Shown here: positions 45,974 through 58,461 of the stretch, piece by piece
Numbering within the stretch: position 1 is the stretch's first letter
Layout: the number at the start of each line of letters is the position of its first letter
Assembly: GCF_000143415.4 (NCBI RefSeq)
Contig: NW_003314293.1
Coordinates: forward strand, 651,763 to 715,762
Reading direction: 5' to 3'
Length of the DNA: 64,000 nucleotides
From: Selaginella moellendorffii
Taxonomy: Eukaryota > Plantae > Lycopodiophyta
The notes under the pieces: generated by a model
The model's input: the letters and a program-made list of their open reading frames with translations, nothing else
Databases searched by the model: none
Told to the model about the DNA's origin: nothing
Position numbers and translations under genes: made by a program

Positions 45974-48407
45974 TCATTTCGCGAGCTTCCCTTCGGCTCT
46001 AGCAGCCTCCTTGACGATGACGTTGATTCCTCGCACCCAGAAATCTGCATTGCTCTCACCCGATGCCTGAAAGTGCACCTCTCTCCCGGTGCTGGTGATC
46101 ACCCTGAAGGTTCCAGGCCCATCGTCGGACGACCTCCTGTTCTTCTGAAACCTGCTTGAAGCTCCCAGTCCGGCTTCCTTACACGCCACCGTACGCCTGC
46201 TTGTGTTACCCCACGTAAGCAAGCCCGTCCTCAGCATTCGAACCGACTTCAAGTGAGGAGTTCCCTTGCCTTGGCGAGTGTGCTTCGATAGCTGGCCTCC
46301 CAACAGGACAAGCTTCATCGCAAGGTGATCGAGGAGGACCTCTTCAGCCGCTTTCGTTGAGCTAGCCCTCTGGGCCAGAGTCAGAGCTGTCTCTCCCCTG
46401 CCGTTTGCGAGATTGCAATCGGCCCCCGCGTTTAGAAGCACTCTGCAAGCTTCTGCGTGCCCTTCCTTCGCGGCTAGCATCAGCGGGCTGTAGCCTTCCT
46501 CGTCCAGCAAGTTCACGGCGTATCCATGCTTGAGAAGCTTGCTCACACCTTCCAAGTTTCCCCGCCATGATGCGAAGTGGAGCGGCTTGAAGTTCTCCAC
46601 CTTGAGCAGGTCGCAGAGGATAGAATCCAGGAGGATTTTTTCCAGTTGCTCCAGCCAGCCACTGTACGTTGCAAGACATATGGCTGTCTCTCCTTTCCTG
46701 TTCTTCAAGTTCATGTCGGCTCCAGCATGCACGAGCAGCCGGAAAACTTCGACGTGACCGGATTGAGCAGCTATCATCAGAGCAGTGTAGCCGTATTGGT
46801 CTTGAGCGTTCACTTCCAAATACGGCTCCTTGAGAAGCCTCGACATGACTTTCACGTCTCCTCTCTTCGCGGCAAAATGAAGCTGCGAAAACACGTGAAG
46901 GTTGCTTGACTGGATACTGCATCCCGATTCGAGGGCCTTCCATATCACGTCGTTGAAAGATGCACCGTTGCCATTTGCTTTTGCTACTGTAAGAGCACTG
47001 TTGCCGCCTGTGTTTATAAACCCCGCATCTGCCCCGGCCAACAGCAGCTCCTTGCAGCACTGCTCGAGTCCCAGTCTCGCTGCTAGCATAAGACCTGTCT
47101 CCTCATTAGCTCCCACTACGTTCAAATCACATCCGTGTGAGATGAGCGTCTGTAGTATCGGAAGCGACCCATACTTGAGCGCCAAAAGTAGCGGAGGAAA
47201 CTCTTCGTCGGCTTTTGTGTGTATACCGTCCTCGACGTTGGCCCCGGACTTGAATAGCAATTCCACTGCTGGTGCATTGCGGCAAAGAATTGCATGGCAG
47301 AGAATTGTCCTCCCAAAATGATCGTCGTTTGGAGAGAAGTAGTTCAGAAGAAGCTCCAGTACTGCACCTGTTTCTTCCCAGTACTCAACAGCACACCATA
47401 GCTCGTTGTATGGGCTTGCTAGGCCTGCACCGACTCGCACTTCCTCCAGAGATCCAGGCTCCCATGACCATGCTCCGAGCGATGCCTTACACCCAGTTTT
47501 TGCTCCTGCCTGTAAAGAAGCGATAGGACGCATTAGTTCTTAGAAATTAAAACGACGAACTTTGTTCTAACAAGTGATAGTTATGGCATACCTCCAGAAG
47601 ATATTTGACAACGTGAACTTGCCTCCCAACGATGGCGGATATTAGAGGTGTACACCTTACGTTCGCATGAAGAGCTGGCTTTGCCGATCGCAGCAGCATT
47701 CTATACCACGAGTTGATGTCTACTCCACTCTACACTTTCGCCCATCAGTTTTTCAAAAAAACAACTCTTTGTTGACAGCATACCTGGATGAGAGCTTCAA
47801 CGACGTCCAGAAAACCCCGGTTACTTGCGTAAGCAAGAGCTTGCACGAGCACTTCGGGCCTTATCATCTCCGACGAAATAAGAATGTGCACGGACTTCAC
47901 TTGCTGATACAGGCAAGCTTCGAGCAGGGCGTCCTCCAAGGCGAGTTGGCCGGCACCAGACCTTTGCAAACAATTCACGATCTCGTGATGGCCCTCTCTT
48001 GCTGCTGCCGTGGACGCATAGCCTCTGAAAAGCTTTTCATTCGGGTCAGCTCCCGCAAGCTGCGAATAGAAGAATGTTTAATGTCAGCGAGAGAGAAAAA
48101 AAAAACTCCGGCATCGATATCTTACCAGTAGCATCTTCGCAATGTAGATGTGACCTGCGTGCGCAGCTGCAAACAAAGCAGTGACATCGGTTTTAAAAAT
48201 CTCGTGGTCGATCTTTACTTCGTCGGGAGCCTCCTCGTGCTGGATAGAATCCGTGTGCTTGACACGCAGACTCACGGGCCCCTTGTAGTTGACATCCACG
48301 ATCTGATCCGACAGCGCCTCGGAGACTCCGAGAACATCGCCCGCCAGAGCGCATTCTATCAGCCGCTGTGACACCGCATGCTCGCCCGCCATAGTCTTCG
48401 CATACAT
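45974..48407 (-). CDS. Ankyrin-repeat protein with C-terminal PH-like domain (At5g14230-like)
   Basis: VSQRLIE..DVTALFAAAHAG, many ankyrin repeats (GYTALMIAAQSGH, GYSPLMLAAKEGH) and C-terminal KHTRQGKG..LTWG..WVRGI. Confidence 0.9.
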
Positions 48408-49081
48408 CACGGCGCCGAGCGCCTACATTGCTGCGCGAAACATCCGCCAAGATCAAGCGCGCATTCGATTCCCCCAAAGAATCACTCACCAGGGCTCGAA
48501 ATATCCACAAGATCGGCCCCTTGCGCGCTCGATTCACCGACAGGAGCGCTCACCAGGGTCGATCGCCGGCTCAATCGATCCGCATTACAAGATTCGGCGC
48601 GGCGCTGCCCGGGCCTTATCGAGCGCCTGTGCGCGGCGGCGGCCGTCCATCCATCGCTGCGCCACCGCTGCTAGTTCTTACGCGCTCCAGGCACAGGGGG
48701 CGCATTTAAAAGACCTACTGTAGCGTCGCCTTCCTCCCTCCTTTTCTATCTATCTATCCATTCACACTATATACTCCAGCTAGGAAGAGAGCTTACACAC
48801 GAAAACTCTCACACACGACACAAAAATACAAACTCTCTGGCCTGTGAGAAAAATCCCATGCAGGCGTTACATATGCAACCAGCACAGTTAACGTCGACAC
48901 TGACTGACGCCGTCAAGTACCCTAACTGTACTGCTAAAATGTATATTCTTCGAATCATAAGAAGCCTTTTTTAGGGCTCTTAAAATACCTTTAGGGCTGT
49001 AAGTAGTATATTCTCCAAACCAGTGCCATAGATGCCTTTAGGGTTCTTGAGAGGGGGGATTTAGGGTTTATGTAAGAGATA

Positions 49082-49705
49082 ATGAACACTCTGTTCCAGC
49101 GGCTTCTTGCGGTGCCCCTCACTCCCTCGCGCTTGCAGCTGCCGCATTGCCGGGTAGCTCCATCGACGCTCACAGGTGAGTGGTCGAGTAGCGATTAGCT
49201 CAAGAGCGAGCGAATCTACCCACATTTTCTCAAGAATTTCGCTGCTCCAGGGGGGCGATGTGGCTTTCGATGGGGCACCGTGCGCTGCGCCGGCGCGGCG
49301 CCCTATCCCCCCAAGACCAAGTTCCGCAAGATGCACAAGGGGCGGTGTGAGGGGATCCTGGGCGATGGCAGCAAGCTCGCGTTCGGGACTTTCGGGATCA
49401 AGGTGCTACACTCGGGGAAGATAACGTACCAGACGATCGAGGCTGCGCGGCGGGTCATCTCGCGGAGGATCAAGGGCAGCGGCCGGATGTGGATCCGTGT
49501 CATTGCGAACTATCCGGTGACGAGCAAGCCCCTGGCGACTCGGATGGGGAAAGGCAAAGGCAACGTCTCGGGATACGTCGCTCGCTGCAAAGCTGGGAAG
49601 ATCCTGTTTGAGGTGGATGGCTTAGCTCCGGTTGCTGCGAAGGAAGCGCTCATTCAAGCCGGGCATAAGATTGGCCTCCGGACCAAGATCGTCGAGTGGT
49701 CGTGA
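49082..49705 (+). CDS. RPL16: Nuclear-encoded mitochondrial-type ribosomal protein L16 with presequence (exons 49082-49175 and 49251-49705)
   Basis: YPPKTKFRKMHKG, IEAARR, WIRV..P.TSKP..RMGKGKG, ILFEVDG and terminal VEWS. A phase-1 GT-AG intron joins an Arg/Leu/Ser-rich presequence in frame. Telo-boxes near 49038 and 49061. Confidence 0.92.
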
Positions 49706-49910
49706 AAGAGTTTTGCCAGGTTTGTGTGAGAGGTCTCTGGTCTTCTGTTTGCTCACTGGACGTTTGCCTTTTAGGAGCTCTCGATCGATCAACAGCAACT
49801 GTAAGCTAAGATTTTTTTTTTCTTGCTTCAAACTCTTGTGAATCTCACCATGAAATACAGTCTTCTTTTTGGGAAGCCAAGCTCGCTAGCTGTGAAATGA
49901 AGCACTCTGG

Positions 49911-52082
49911 ATGAGTACGCAACAAAGCAGGATAAGATCCAACGCAGCGGCTTTACTTACCAGGATACGAGCTTGCAGAAACTTGGAAAGAGCAAGAAAA
50001 GTTCACGCCGAGGCTGTAGAAACCGGTGACCATCTCGAAGCGTTCGTCGCAAACTCTCTTGTCAGGATGTTCGCAAAGTGTGGCAGCATGGCCGACGCTC
50101 GTCACGTCTTCGACAAGCTTCCACTGCCCGATGTAGCGTCGCAAAACGCACTGATTCAAGGCTACGCGGAGAACGGACAGGGTGAAGTTGCCTTGGAGCT
50201 CTTCGAAAGCTTGCGGCAGCGTAGCTACAGGCCGAGTTCCCGTAGCTTTGTCGCTGTTCTCAAGGCTTGCATCGATCTAGCAGCGAAAGAGGAGGCCAAA
50301 CTGGTCGATGGAAGGCCCGTGAAGTCGGACAGTCTCGGAAAAGGAGTGGAGATCCATGTTCTCGCAGGAAAACTCGGTTGTCTCGGCAGCATCTTCGTGC
50401 TAAACAGCCTGATCAGCTTCTACGCGAAGTGTGGCAGCATGGTGGACGCTCGCAGGGTGTTCGACGGCATGAAGCAGCGAGATATAGTCTCCTGGACGAG
50501 TTTGATGCTCGGCTACGTTGAAAGTGGAGAGCCAGAGATGGGGCTGGATCTGTTCGCAGCGTTGCTAGCCCAACGAGACTGTGATCCGGACGCTACAACC
50601 TTCGTGGCTGCTCTCAATGCTTGCACTGCTCTGGCGGCGAAAGAAGATGGCAGACTTGTCGATGGAAGAGTTCTGAGACTTAAGTCGCTGGAGCAGGGAA
50701 TGGCGATTCACTGCGAAGCTCGGAAGCTCGGCTATGATCTCCACAGCGTCTTCGTGGCGAACAGCTTGATCAACATGTACGCCAAGTGTGGAGGCTCGCT
50801 GGACGCTCGTAAAGTCTTTGACAGTATGACGCACCACGACGTTGTCTCCTGGAATTCTTTGATACTGGGCCTTGTCGAGAACTCTCAAGGTGGACTGGCT
50901 TTGGATCTGTTTCCCTGCTCGAGCTGCCCTGCTCAAACTCTCAGCTTCGTGATCGCCCTCAAGGCCTGTAGCTGCGTTGCTGCCAGTGAGGATGGAGAAC
51001 TTGTCGATGATAAGATGGTGAAAGTCGAAGCTCTGGCGAAGGGGATGGAGATCCACTCTCGAGCACGAAAGCTGGGCCACGAGTCGGAGATTCTCGTCGC
51101 AAACGCGCTGGTTGACATGTACGCGAAGTGCGGAAGCTTGGAGGACGCTCGCGGGATTTTCAACCGGATGCCGCTGCACAGCCTTGTTTCCTGGACGAGT
51201 TTGATGCTCGGGTACGCGGAGAATGGCGATGCTGACCAAGCGCTGGAACTCTTCGCCTTGGTGCGAGCTCGAGGCTGCGACGTGCGGGCATATCTCGCGG
51301 CGCTGAAAGCTTGCGGGACTGTGGTGTCGCTGGACCTCGCAAGAGCCATCCATGAAGACATCACTCGAGCCGGACTGGAGAATTCTCTGGCTCTGGACAC
51401 CGGCCTGGTCGACGTTTACGCCAAGTGTGGAAGCTTGGATTCTGCTCGTCGAGTTTTCGATGCTGTAGCCTCGAAAGACTCGGTGACTTGGACAGCGCTC
51501 GTAGCGGGCTATGGCAGACAAGGTGACACAAGCCGGGTCTTCGAGTTCTTTCACAGGATGCAAGACGAGGGACTTCGGCCAAACGCTGTGACTTTCCTGT
51601 GTCTTCTCACTGCCTGTAGCCATGGTGGGCTTGTCGAGACGGGGAAGAGCTACTTCCAGGCGATGGAGCCCAGATATGGTCTTGTTCCTGGTATCGAGCA
51701 CTACCACTGCATGCTGGACATGCTTGGTCGCGCCAACGAGCTCGAGAGTGCCGTGGAGATGGCGAGAAGGATGCCTTTCAAGCCAAACCCGGTGACTTGG
51801 ATCACCATCCTGGGAGCCTGTCACAAGTGGAAGAACGTCGCGGTGGGAAGGATTGCGTTTGACGCGCTGGTGGAGCTGGAAGTCGGCGAAGGAGCCGTGT
51901 ACACGCTCATGTCCAGCATCTATGGAGCTCGAGGGATGTGGGAAGAACAGGCTCGAGTGCTGGAGGCCATGAGAAGAGCTCGAAAGAAACCGAGACGGCG
52001 ATGGTGGTCGGACCAAATGGAAAGGATTATCGGTGGCGATTCTTGTCAAGCTCGCTGTTTGTCTGGAAAATCAAATTTTTAG
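49911..52082 (+). CDS. PLS-class PPR protein with E domain, intronless
   Basis: MYAKCGS..DAR.VFD repeats, LTACSHGGLV, EHYHCMLDMLGRA and MPFKPNPVTW. No DYW domain. Confidence 0.92.
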   Translation: MSTQQSRIRSNAAALLTRIRACRNLERARKVHAEAVETGDHLEAFVANSLVRMFAKCGSMADARHVFDKLPLPDVASQNALIQGYAENGQGEVALELFESLRQRSYRPSSRSFVAVLKACIDLAAKEEAKLVDGRPVKSDSLGKGVEIHVLAGKLGCLGSIFVLNSLISFYAKCGSMVDARRVFDGMKQRDIVSWTSLMLGYVESGEPEMGLDLFAALLAQRDCDPDATTFVAALNACTALAAKEDGRLVDGRVLRLKSLEQGMAIHCEARKLGYDLHSVFVANSLINMYAKCGGSLDARKVFDSMTHHDVVSWNSLILGLVENSQGGLALDLFPCSSCPAQTLSFVIALKACSCVAASEDGELVDDKMVKVEALAKGMEIHSRARKLGHESEILVANALVDMYAKCGSLEDARGIFNRMPLHSLVSWTSLMLGYAENGDADQALELFALVRARGCDVRAYLAALKACGTVVSLDLARAIHEDITRAGLENSLALDTGLVDVYAKCGSLDSARRVFDAVASKDSVTWTALVAGYGRQGDTSRVFEFFHRMQDEGLRPNAVTFLCLLTACSHGGLVETGKSYFQAMEPRYGLVPGIEHYHCMLDMLGRANELESAVEMARRMPFKPNPVTWITILGACHKWKNVAVGRIAFDALVELEVGEGAVYTLMSSIYGARGMWEEQARVLEAMRRARKKPRRRWWSDQMERIIGGDSCQARCLSGKSNF

Positions 52083-52356
52083 CTGAGAGTGTATCCAAGT
52101 AGTTGCTGGAAAAGTCTAGAGCTTGAGGAAGAAGAAAAAGAGCATCACGTAGCGGGCAATAGCCGTAACGCGCTAAAACTCGTGTAGGAAAATCTTTTAT
52201 TTGGGGCCAATCCAGGAAAGTAGCACCTGAGAGAGACATATAAAGGTAGGGTTTAAAATTCCACAAGAGAGAGAAGAAAAAAAGAGAGGCTTACTTTTGA
52301 GCGTGTTCTTGTGGACTTGTTCCTTGTTCTACAGGTTTTGCTCGATCGATCGATCC

Positions 52357-53262
52357 ATGGGAAAGAGGAGAGTGGAGATCAACATCATCTCCGCCGAGGG
52401 CCTCAAGCTCTCGCCGAGCTTCGGTAAGCCTCACACCTACGCAGTGGTATGGATCCATCCCTCCAAGAAGTTCTACACCCACGTCGACCAAGAGGGCGCC
52501 AAGAACCCCGTCTGGAACCAGAAGCTCGTCATCAGCGCCGACACCTACTCGCTGGAGCAAGGCTCGGGCAAATTCACCATCGAGATCTTCCACCGCGGCC
52601 ACATCCACGACAAGCCCATCGGCACCGTCGAGGTCCCGTTCAAGGAGCTCCCACACGAGGCGCGATTCAACCGCGAGACCCCGTCGGAGATCCAGTACAT
52701 GGCGTTTGAGATCCGGCGCCCCTCGGGAAGAATGAAAGGCGTCCTCAACCTCTCGATCCGCCTGAGGGAAGTCTCGCCACACTGCAGCAGCAGCAGCAGT
52801 AGCAGCAGTAGCTGCTCTTCCGAGCCAAGCTCCCCAAGAAATTCTGGAAAATTTCCTCCTCCTCCTCCTCCTCCTCCACCGCAAGATCCAGTCTATCCCC
52901 CAAGCTATCCTCCTCCTCCACCGCAAGATCCAGTCTATCCCTCAAGCTATCCTCCTCCAGGCTATCCCTCTTACGGCGCTCCCAGCAGCTACGATCGAGA
53001 CTACCACCAGCCGCAGAGCTATGGCTATGGCGGAAATTTCCAGCAGCAGCCTCCTCTAGGCTATGGAAATTTGGGGCCAGGATATGGACAAACGCAGCCG
53101 AATTACTACGCTCCTCCTCCTCCTCCTCCTGCTGCCAAGAGCGGCCATAGCAATCTTGCGCTTGGAGCTGGAATCGCCGCTGGAGCACTGGGAGGGCTCG
53201 TTCTCGGTGAGGTCGTGGAAGACATCGCGGAGAATGCCGACGACGACGACGATTTCGAATGA
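52357..53262 (+). CDS. SRC2-like C2-domain protein with Pro/Tyr/Gly-rich tail
   Basis: VEINIISAEGLK..YAVVWI..THVDQEGAKNPVWNQKL..RRPSGRMKGVLNLSI; tail LGAGIAAGALGGLVLGE. Confidence 0.9.
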   Translation: MGKRRVEINIISAEGLKLSPSFGKPHTYAVVWIHPSKKFYTHVDQEGAKNPVWNQKLVISADTYSLEQGSGKFTIEIFHRGHIHDKPIGTVEVPFKELPHEARFNRETPSEIQYMAFEIRRPSGRMKGVLNLSIRLREVSPHCSSSSSSSSSCSSEPSSPRNSGKFPPPPPPPPPQDPVYPPSYPPPPPQDPVYPSSYPPPGYPSYGAPSSYDRDYHQPQSYGYGGNFQQQPPLGYGNLGPGYGQTQPNYYAPPPPPPAAKSGHSNLALGAGIAAGALGGLVLGEVVEDIAENADDDDDFE

Positions 53263-53449
53263 AGAACCCTTAGGCCTAGGCCTAACTTCTATTCAATAAA
53301 GTTCTCATTCTCTCATTCCATCATCTCATCGCAAATGGATTTCAAAGAAATATTTCACGACCTAGCTCTCATCTGTTCACTTTGATTTTTTTGTTTTCTT
53401 TGTGCTACACTGCTGCTATTGAATTTAGTAGATCTAAGCTCGTGTACAC

Positions 53450-54590
53450 AGATTATTACTCTTTCTTTGCTTTCGTCAAAACAATTCAAGATCAACCTAA
53501 TTTATTTTAAAAAAAACCTCTAAACCCTAAGTTCTTCCCCAAAAATACAAGCCATATAAATAAAAAATTAATAAAGTATAAATGAAAAATATGAATTTCT
53601 AGTATTTAATATATAAATTAAGTTAAAAAATAATGGAAATTTTACATAAATATTACATCTGCTAATAATAATTTATCCTTTAAGTTATTGTTATATAAAC
53701 CTATAAAGTTTTTTATTTAGGGATTAAAATTATATTAACAATAAGGAAAAATAAAAAAAGTGTTGTCATGAGTGTTGAAAGTTTTTTAGAGATTAAAAAG
53801 TAATTATAACTAACGTGCTCTTTTTAAATTTTAGAAAATATTAAAATTATATAGTTAATGTATTAGTAGTTTATAATTTAAATATATATATTTAATTAAA
53901 GTATTTATCATTTATTTAGCTCTAGTCAATAAATCATTAAATATATAAATAAAATATAACAATTGAATGTTTAAATTTAATACTTCAAGATTCCACAATA
54001 ATTTTATTTAATTATATCTTTATAATAAAATTTAATATTTAAATTTGTTTAAAGAAAATTTTATAAATACTAATTTTAGATATGAGTTTTCAATAATGTG
54101 TATTTTATTATCTCATGACAACCAACATCCCAATTAATCCTCATATATATCATTTATGATGGCAGGTAGCACTAAGAATTTTAATAATATAATAATAAAT
54201 AAATTTTTTTATTTTAACAACAATTATAAAAATTTCAGTCACATTAATTAATCCATGATATTAAAAATTTTAGAGAACTTATTACCGTTACTTAGAGAGG
54301 GTCGATTACCTTAGCTTGAGTTGAGAGAGGCACTGCAACTTATGGCTTACAATATGGATAAAATTTATAAAGAAAAATAAAACACAAACATAAAAAATGA
54401 ATATAACTAACATTTTATTGTAGTTATAATAATTATCACAACACATTCATTAATTCCAGATAGATTTAGTTTTTCATAATTTACAATCAATTAGATTTAT
54501 ATATTTATAAATTAAATACGTGGTAAGATGACTTTAATTACTTTTATTATTAATTATATTACATGTTTTAGATCCTAGTTAATTCTAATG
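53450..54590. other. Extremely AT-rich non-coding insert (possible decayed non-autonomous element)
   Basis: Sharp compositional boundaries, no ORF, no terminal repeats recognised. Confidence 0.4.
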
Positions 54591-56200
54591 TCTTGAGCAA
54601 ACCCGCATAGCCATAAGAGCCACAGTTTTTGATGCTCCACTCGTCCAGAGAAGCATCTGGATTCTATCTGTATCTCCTGTAAGCCTTGCATTCTAAGCTG
54701 TCATGAAACCCAACATGACACTACGTGCACAGCCGAGTGTCACAAGCCCCACAGACAAAGATCGAAGAAAACGAGCTCTTGTACACACTGATGCCGCCGA
54801 TGGCTTGGGCCTTGCAGAAGAACTGGGCGATGGCACACTGCTGAGGCTGATTAGTGGCAAAACCTGTAGCTCACCTGCTCGAGGCTACGAAAACTCTCAC
54901 AGAAGATTTGCACAGCTCGTCCATCTGCTGTGGAGCAAGGCTGCAAAGTCGGCAATAAGGAACACCTCCTGGTAGCCTTCGGCAGTGCAAGTGATTTGGA
55001 ATCATCACTGTTCCTGATACTCGATCAAAGCTGGTTGGCAACACAATCGCAGCAAAAGGCCACAAGCCTCGAGCTTGTACTCGTTGATGATCGAGCATAA
55101 GCAAACTGGACAATCCTTTGCTGTTTTTACTGCCACTGGATTGCTTCGTTCGATCTACAGAACTTCTTGCCTTCCTTTCTCCACACACTCCACGCACGAA
55201 CAAGGAATGCCACCAGTGGTTCATGCTCACAGCAGCTCCCATTGATTTTTCCAGCCCCGCTAAGTCGACCCCAAATTTTCCAAACAGAGCTCTCATCACC
55301 CCAAGAGGAGGCCCATCACCTTGCAGTGAGATCTGTCGCTCCTGGTTAGCTCCAACACGAAGGCGAGATTTGCAGGGCCTGACCGTGAACTCTGTAGTAG
55401 CGCCGGTCGCACCAGCTAACCAGCTTCATCCAGCAGGCCATCTTCGAGAGAAGCACCTTCCACCAGTTTTTCTTGAGCTGTCTTGCACCGAGCCACACCT
55501 TGCAAGCTCAAGGATGAAATTTCAATCACCTGTTCACCAAGATGCGCTGGTACTTGTCGTTCGTACTTCGTTCTTCGTACTCACCCGCAGCTTTCTCATG
55601 AATCACGACACTTCATCAAGGTGAAGCAAGAATTTATGGGAAGCTTTGAGTGGAAAGAAGATGACGAAGATGTCGGGAGGATCACACATGAGATGAGAGC
55701 CGTGACAGCAGCAACCGCAGCTCGCTGGTTAGCTTTCGTCACGGGAGTGATAAACAGACTGTTGCCGGCCTTTGAAAGTGCGTCTTGGACCCCGAGTTTC
55801 AGCGCAGATGCTGACGATCGAAAGGCTCCAAAAAGCTTGAAATGCCTTCACCGCACTCGTCAAAGAGAATGAGCAGCTCGTTGTCAACCAGCTTCGTATG
55901 CCAGCAAAGTGGACGCCCCAGGCTCTTTCACCATTCCGCTAGACCGATCAGAATCACGGGTGTTCGAAATTCTCAATGCACTCTCTCGCGCTTGTCTCGC
56001 CAAGGTTGTCTCCACCGCCAGATGCTGCATGGCTTCTGTAGCATATACGTGCAGCTCGTTCACGCGACTCTCGATCCTGGACCTTGTGTGGCTGCCACCT
56101 CTAGCCTCGAGCTGCTTTTGTAGCAAAGCTAGTCCGCTCTGTTTTTTGGACTCTAGCCATGAGAGTGTCCCTATGACCGTTCTGTGAAGTCTTTTCCTCC

Positions 56201-58184
56201 TCAGCGACTGTGGATGGACTCGCTCGCTGTTGATAGCGGCCGTTTAGTTGTCGAAAACACGCAAAGATACGCTTGGAGCTCTCGATCAACAGGGAAATGA
56301 GCATGGAACACCTTCTTCACCTGTGAACAAAGAAAGATGAATCCATCGATAAACAGTGAAAGAAAACAAAGGAGAGAGGACTTGCCAGCTTGTAAGAGCG
56401 TGCTTCCAGAAATGGCCGGAGTTTGTCCTCCAAAGAGTCGAAAAAGACGATGTGGCTGGGCACGTTCCCGTCGCCAAACATGACGGAGAGTGCTGCGAGT
56501 GGATCTTCCATGAACCGTGAGGCCTCGTCTTTGCCGCCATCGCTGCTGGGAGAGCAATCTAAGAATCTCATTGGCAAATCCTTGTGCAGCGACGAGTAGA
56601 ATGGAGTCGCATGGCATTGCGTCAGAAACGCAATGCTTTCCACCCTTTGGTCTGTCGCTTCTTTGCCAAGATACTCCATCACTGCTTCTGAGCCGCGCTG
56701 TTTGGACAAAAGTAAACAAAAAAAGACATTGTCTACAAAACAACCAGCTTGCAATCACCTGATGGACGAGCGAAGTGTAAAGCGCAGTTGGAGCGTTAGA
56801 GACAAGCAGCCCGATGAGAATGATTGTAAGCTTAAGCGGCCATCGTCCACCGGATTTTTCTTTGACGATTTTCTTGCTTCCGGCCTCAATGGAGGCAAGG
56901 CTGTATCCAGCAAACAGCATCGCCAAAGGAAGAGCTGGCAAGACAAACCTGCGAAAACACCATGACTAGAAAAGTTGTTCTTCATACATGCACGAACGAG
57001 TACCTGAATTCTTTGTGCCCGAGCAGACTGTACGTGAACAATATCCAGGCTACAAGACCCGCAAGAAACCACTCCCGCGACCACCAAATCCCAAGCACAG
57101 CTAGCGGCAAGTGTGTGAACGCCATAGCTGGAAACCCCTGAGTGAAATACCAGTGCCAGGGATGGCTGCCGTAGAAGTCACCACCACCCGAGAGGAAATT
57201 AAACTGGAAGAATCTCAGCGGCACAAATATCCACTTCCCGTACATGATCCTGTCCAAAGAGAAAGTCGCTCCAAGAATGACACACCTGGAAGTTGGAAAC
57301 GAATGTGAGGCTTTGAAGCATGGAGCGGTTTGCTTACCCGATAGGAAGAACTTCATGGAGGAGATATCTGAATTTGTCACGGCATTCATAGAGGTGATAA
57401 ATCCCCACGTATAGCCAGATGACAGCGCTAGTAGGCCGGATGGCACACGAGATCCATGCAACGCATAGAGCAAGCTGACGATTCGACATAAATCCTAAGT
57501 GCTTGTCGATGGTTGGAGATGACCAGTAGAAGAGAGCAATCGTCGTGAGGACAGTCTCGATGCTGCTGGATAGAGTGCGAACCATGCAAAAGAAGGTGAA
57601 CCAGTTCACGAGCTGGCAAAACATCTGCATAACAAAGTTCGTGAGAATCGCGAGCTTTTCTCTCATTTTTTTTTCTGATGGAACTTACGGTCCACTTTGC
57701 CACACGGTCACCGAATGCTCGACGAGAGAGCTTCCACAGGTAAACATCACCGGCTGCGGCAATGAGAGACTGAAAAAGCCTTGGCGACCTCGCCTAACAG
57801 AGTCATACATGACAAAGCTAGAAGGAATTAGAACTCTCTCGGAAACGAAAGCTCAAGTTTTATCGAAAGCTTACCATGAACCATGGAGTATCCAGCTTAA
57901 GCACTGCCAACATCTTGTAGAGCGCAGCGAACATGAGCGGGTGGAGGTAGCTGCGAAGACCTTTGTTCCATTCCCAAGTGAGATGTCCATAGCTAGATCA
58001 CAAAGAAAACAAGAATGTATGACCGAGAGATTTGTTTTTGAGCTTACCCGAAGACAATGCGGTGCGCAACTTCGAGTGCTTGCCAGTGCTCGTCCGGGTT
58101 GAAGTACGTGCGAACGAGCAGGGCATTCAGCAAACGAAACGCAATACATAGCACCCACAATCCACGCTCTCCGCCAAGCGCCAT
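56201..58184 (-). CDS. PIGB: GPI mannosyltransferase 3 (PIG-B/APTG1), multi-exon
   Basis: RTYFNPDEHWQALEVAH, NWFTFFCMVRT, AIRPTS, YGSHPWHWYFTQGFP, LGHKEFRF, QCHATPFYSSLH..MRFLDCSP and FHAHFPVDR. Confidence 0.92.
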
Positions 58185-58201
58185 AAAGCGTAAGCGATCC
58201 T

Positions 58202-58461
58202 TGGCTATGGCGAAAATTTCCAGCAGCAGCCCGCTAGGCTATGGAAATTACCAGCAACCGCAGCCGAATTTCTACGGTCCTCCTCCTGCCAAGGGCACCC
58301 ATAGCAATCTTGCGCTTGGAGCTGGAATCACCGCTGGAGCTCTGGAACTGGGCGGGAGAATGCCGCCGACAAGGATTTCGAATCAAGAACCCTAAACATT
58401 GAAGAACCCTAAATTTTATTTAATAAAACAGTTCTTCTCTCTCATTCCATCATCTCATCGC
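58202..58461 (+). repeat. Decayed direct duplicate of the SRC2 3' coding end and 3'UTR (53022-53332)
   Basis: Near-identical strings ggctatggc.gaaatttccagcagcagc, catagcaatcttgcgcttggagctggaatc and ctctcattccatcatctcatcgc. Confidence 0.9.

Noticed and set aside
54600-56190. Coding-like GC-balanced region downstream of PIG-B
   Set aside because: No family motif or consistent exon chain could be identified; left unannotated.
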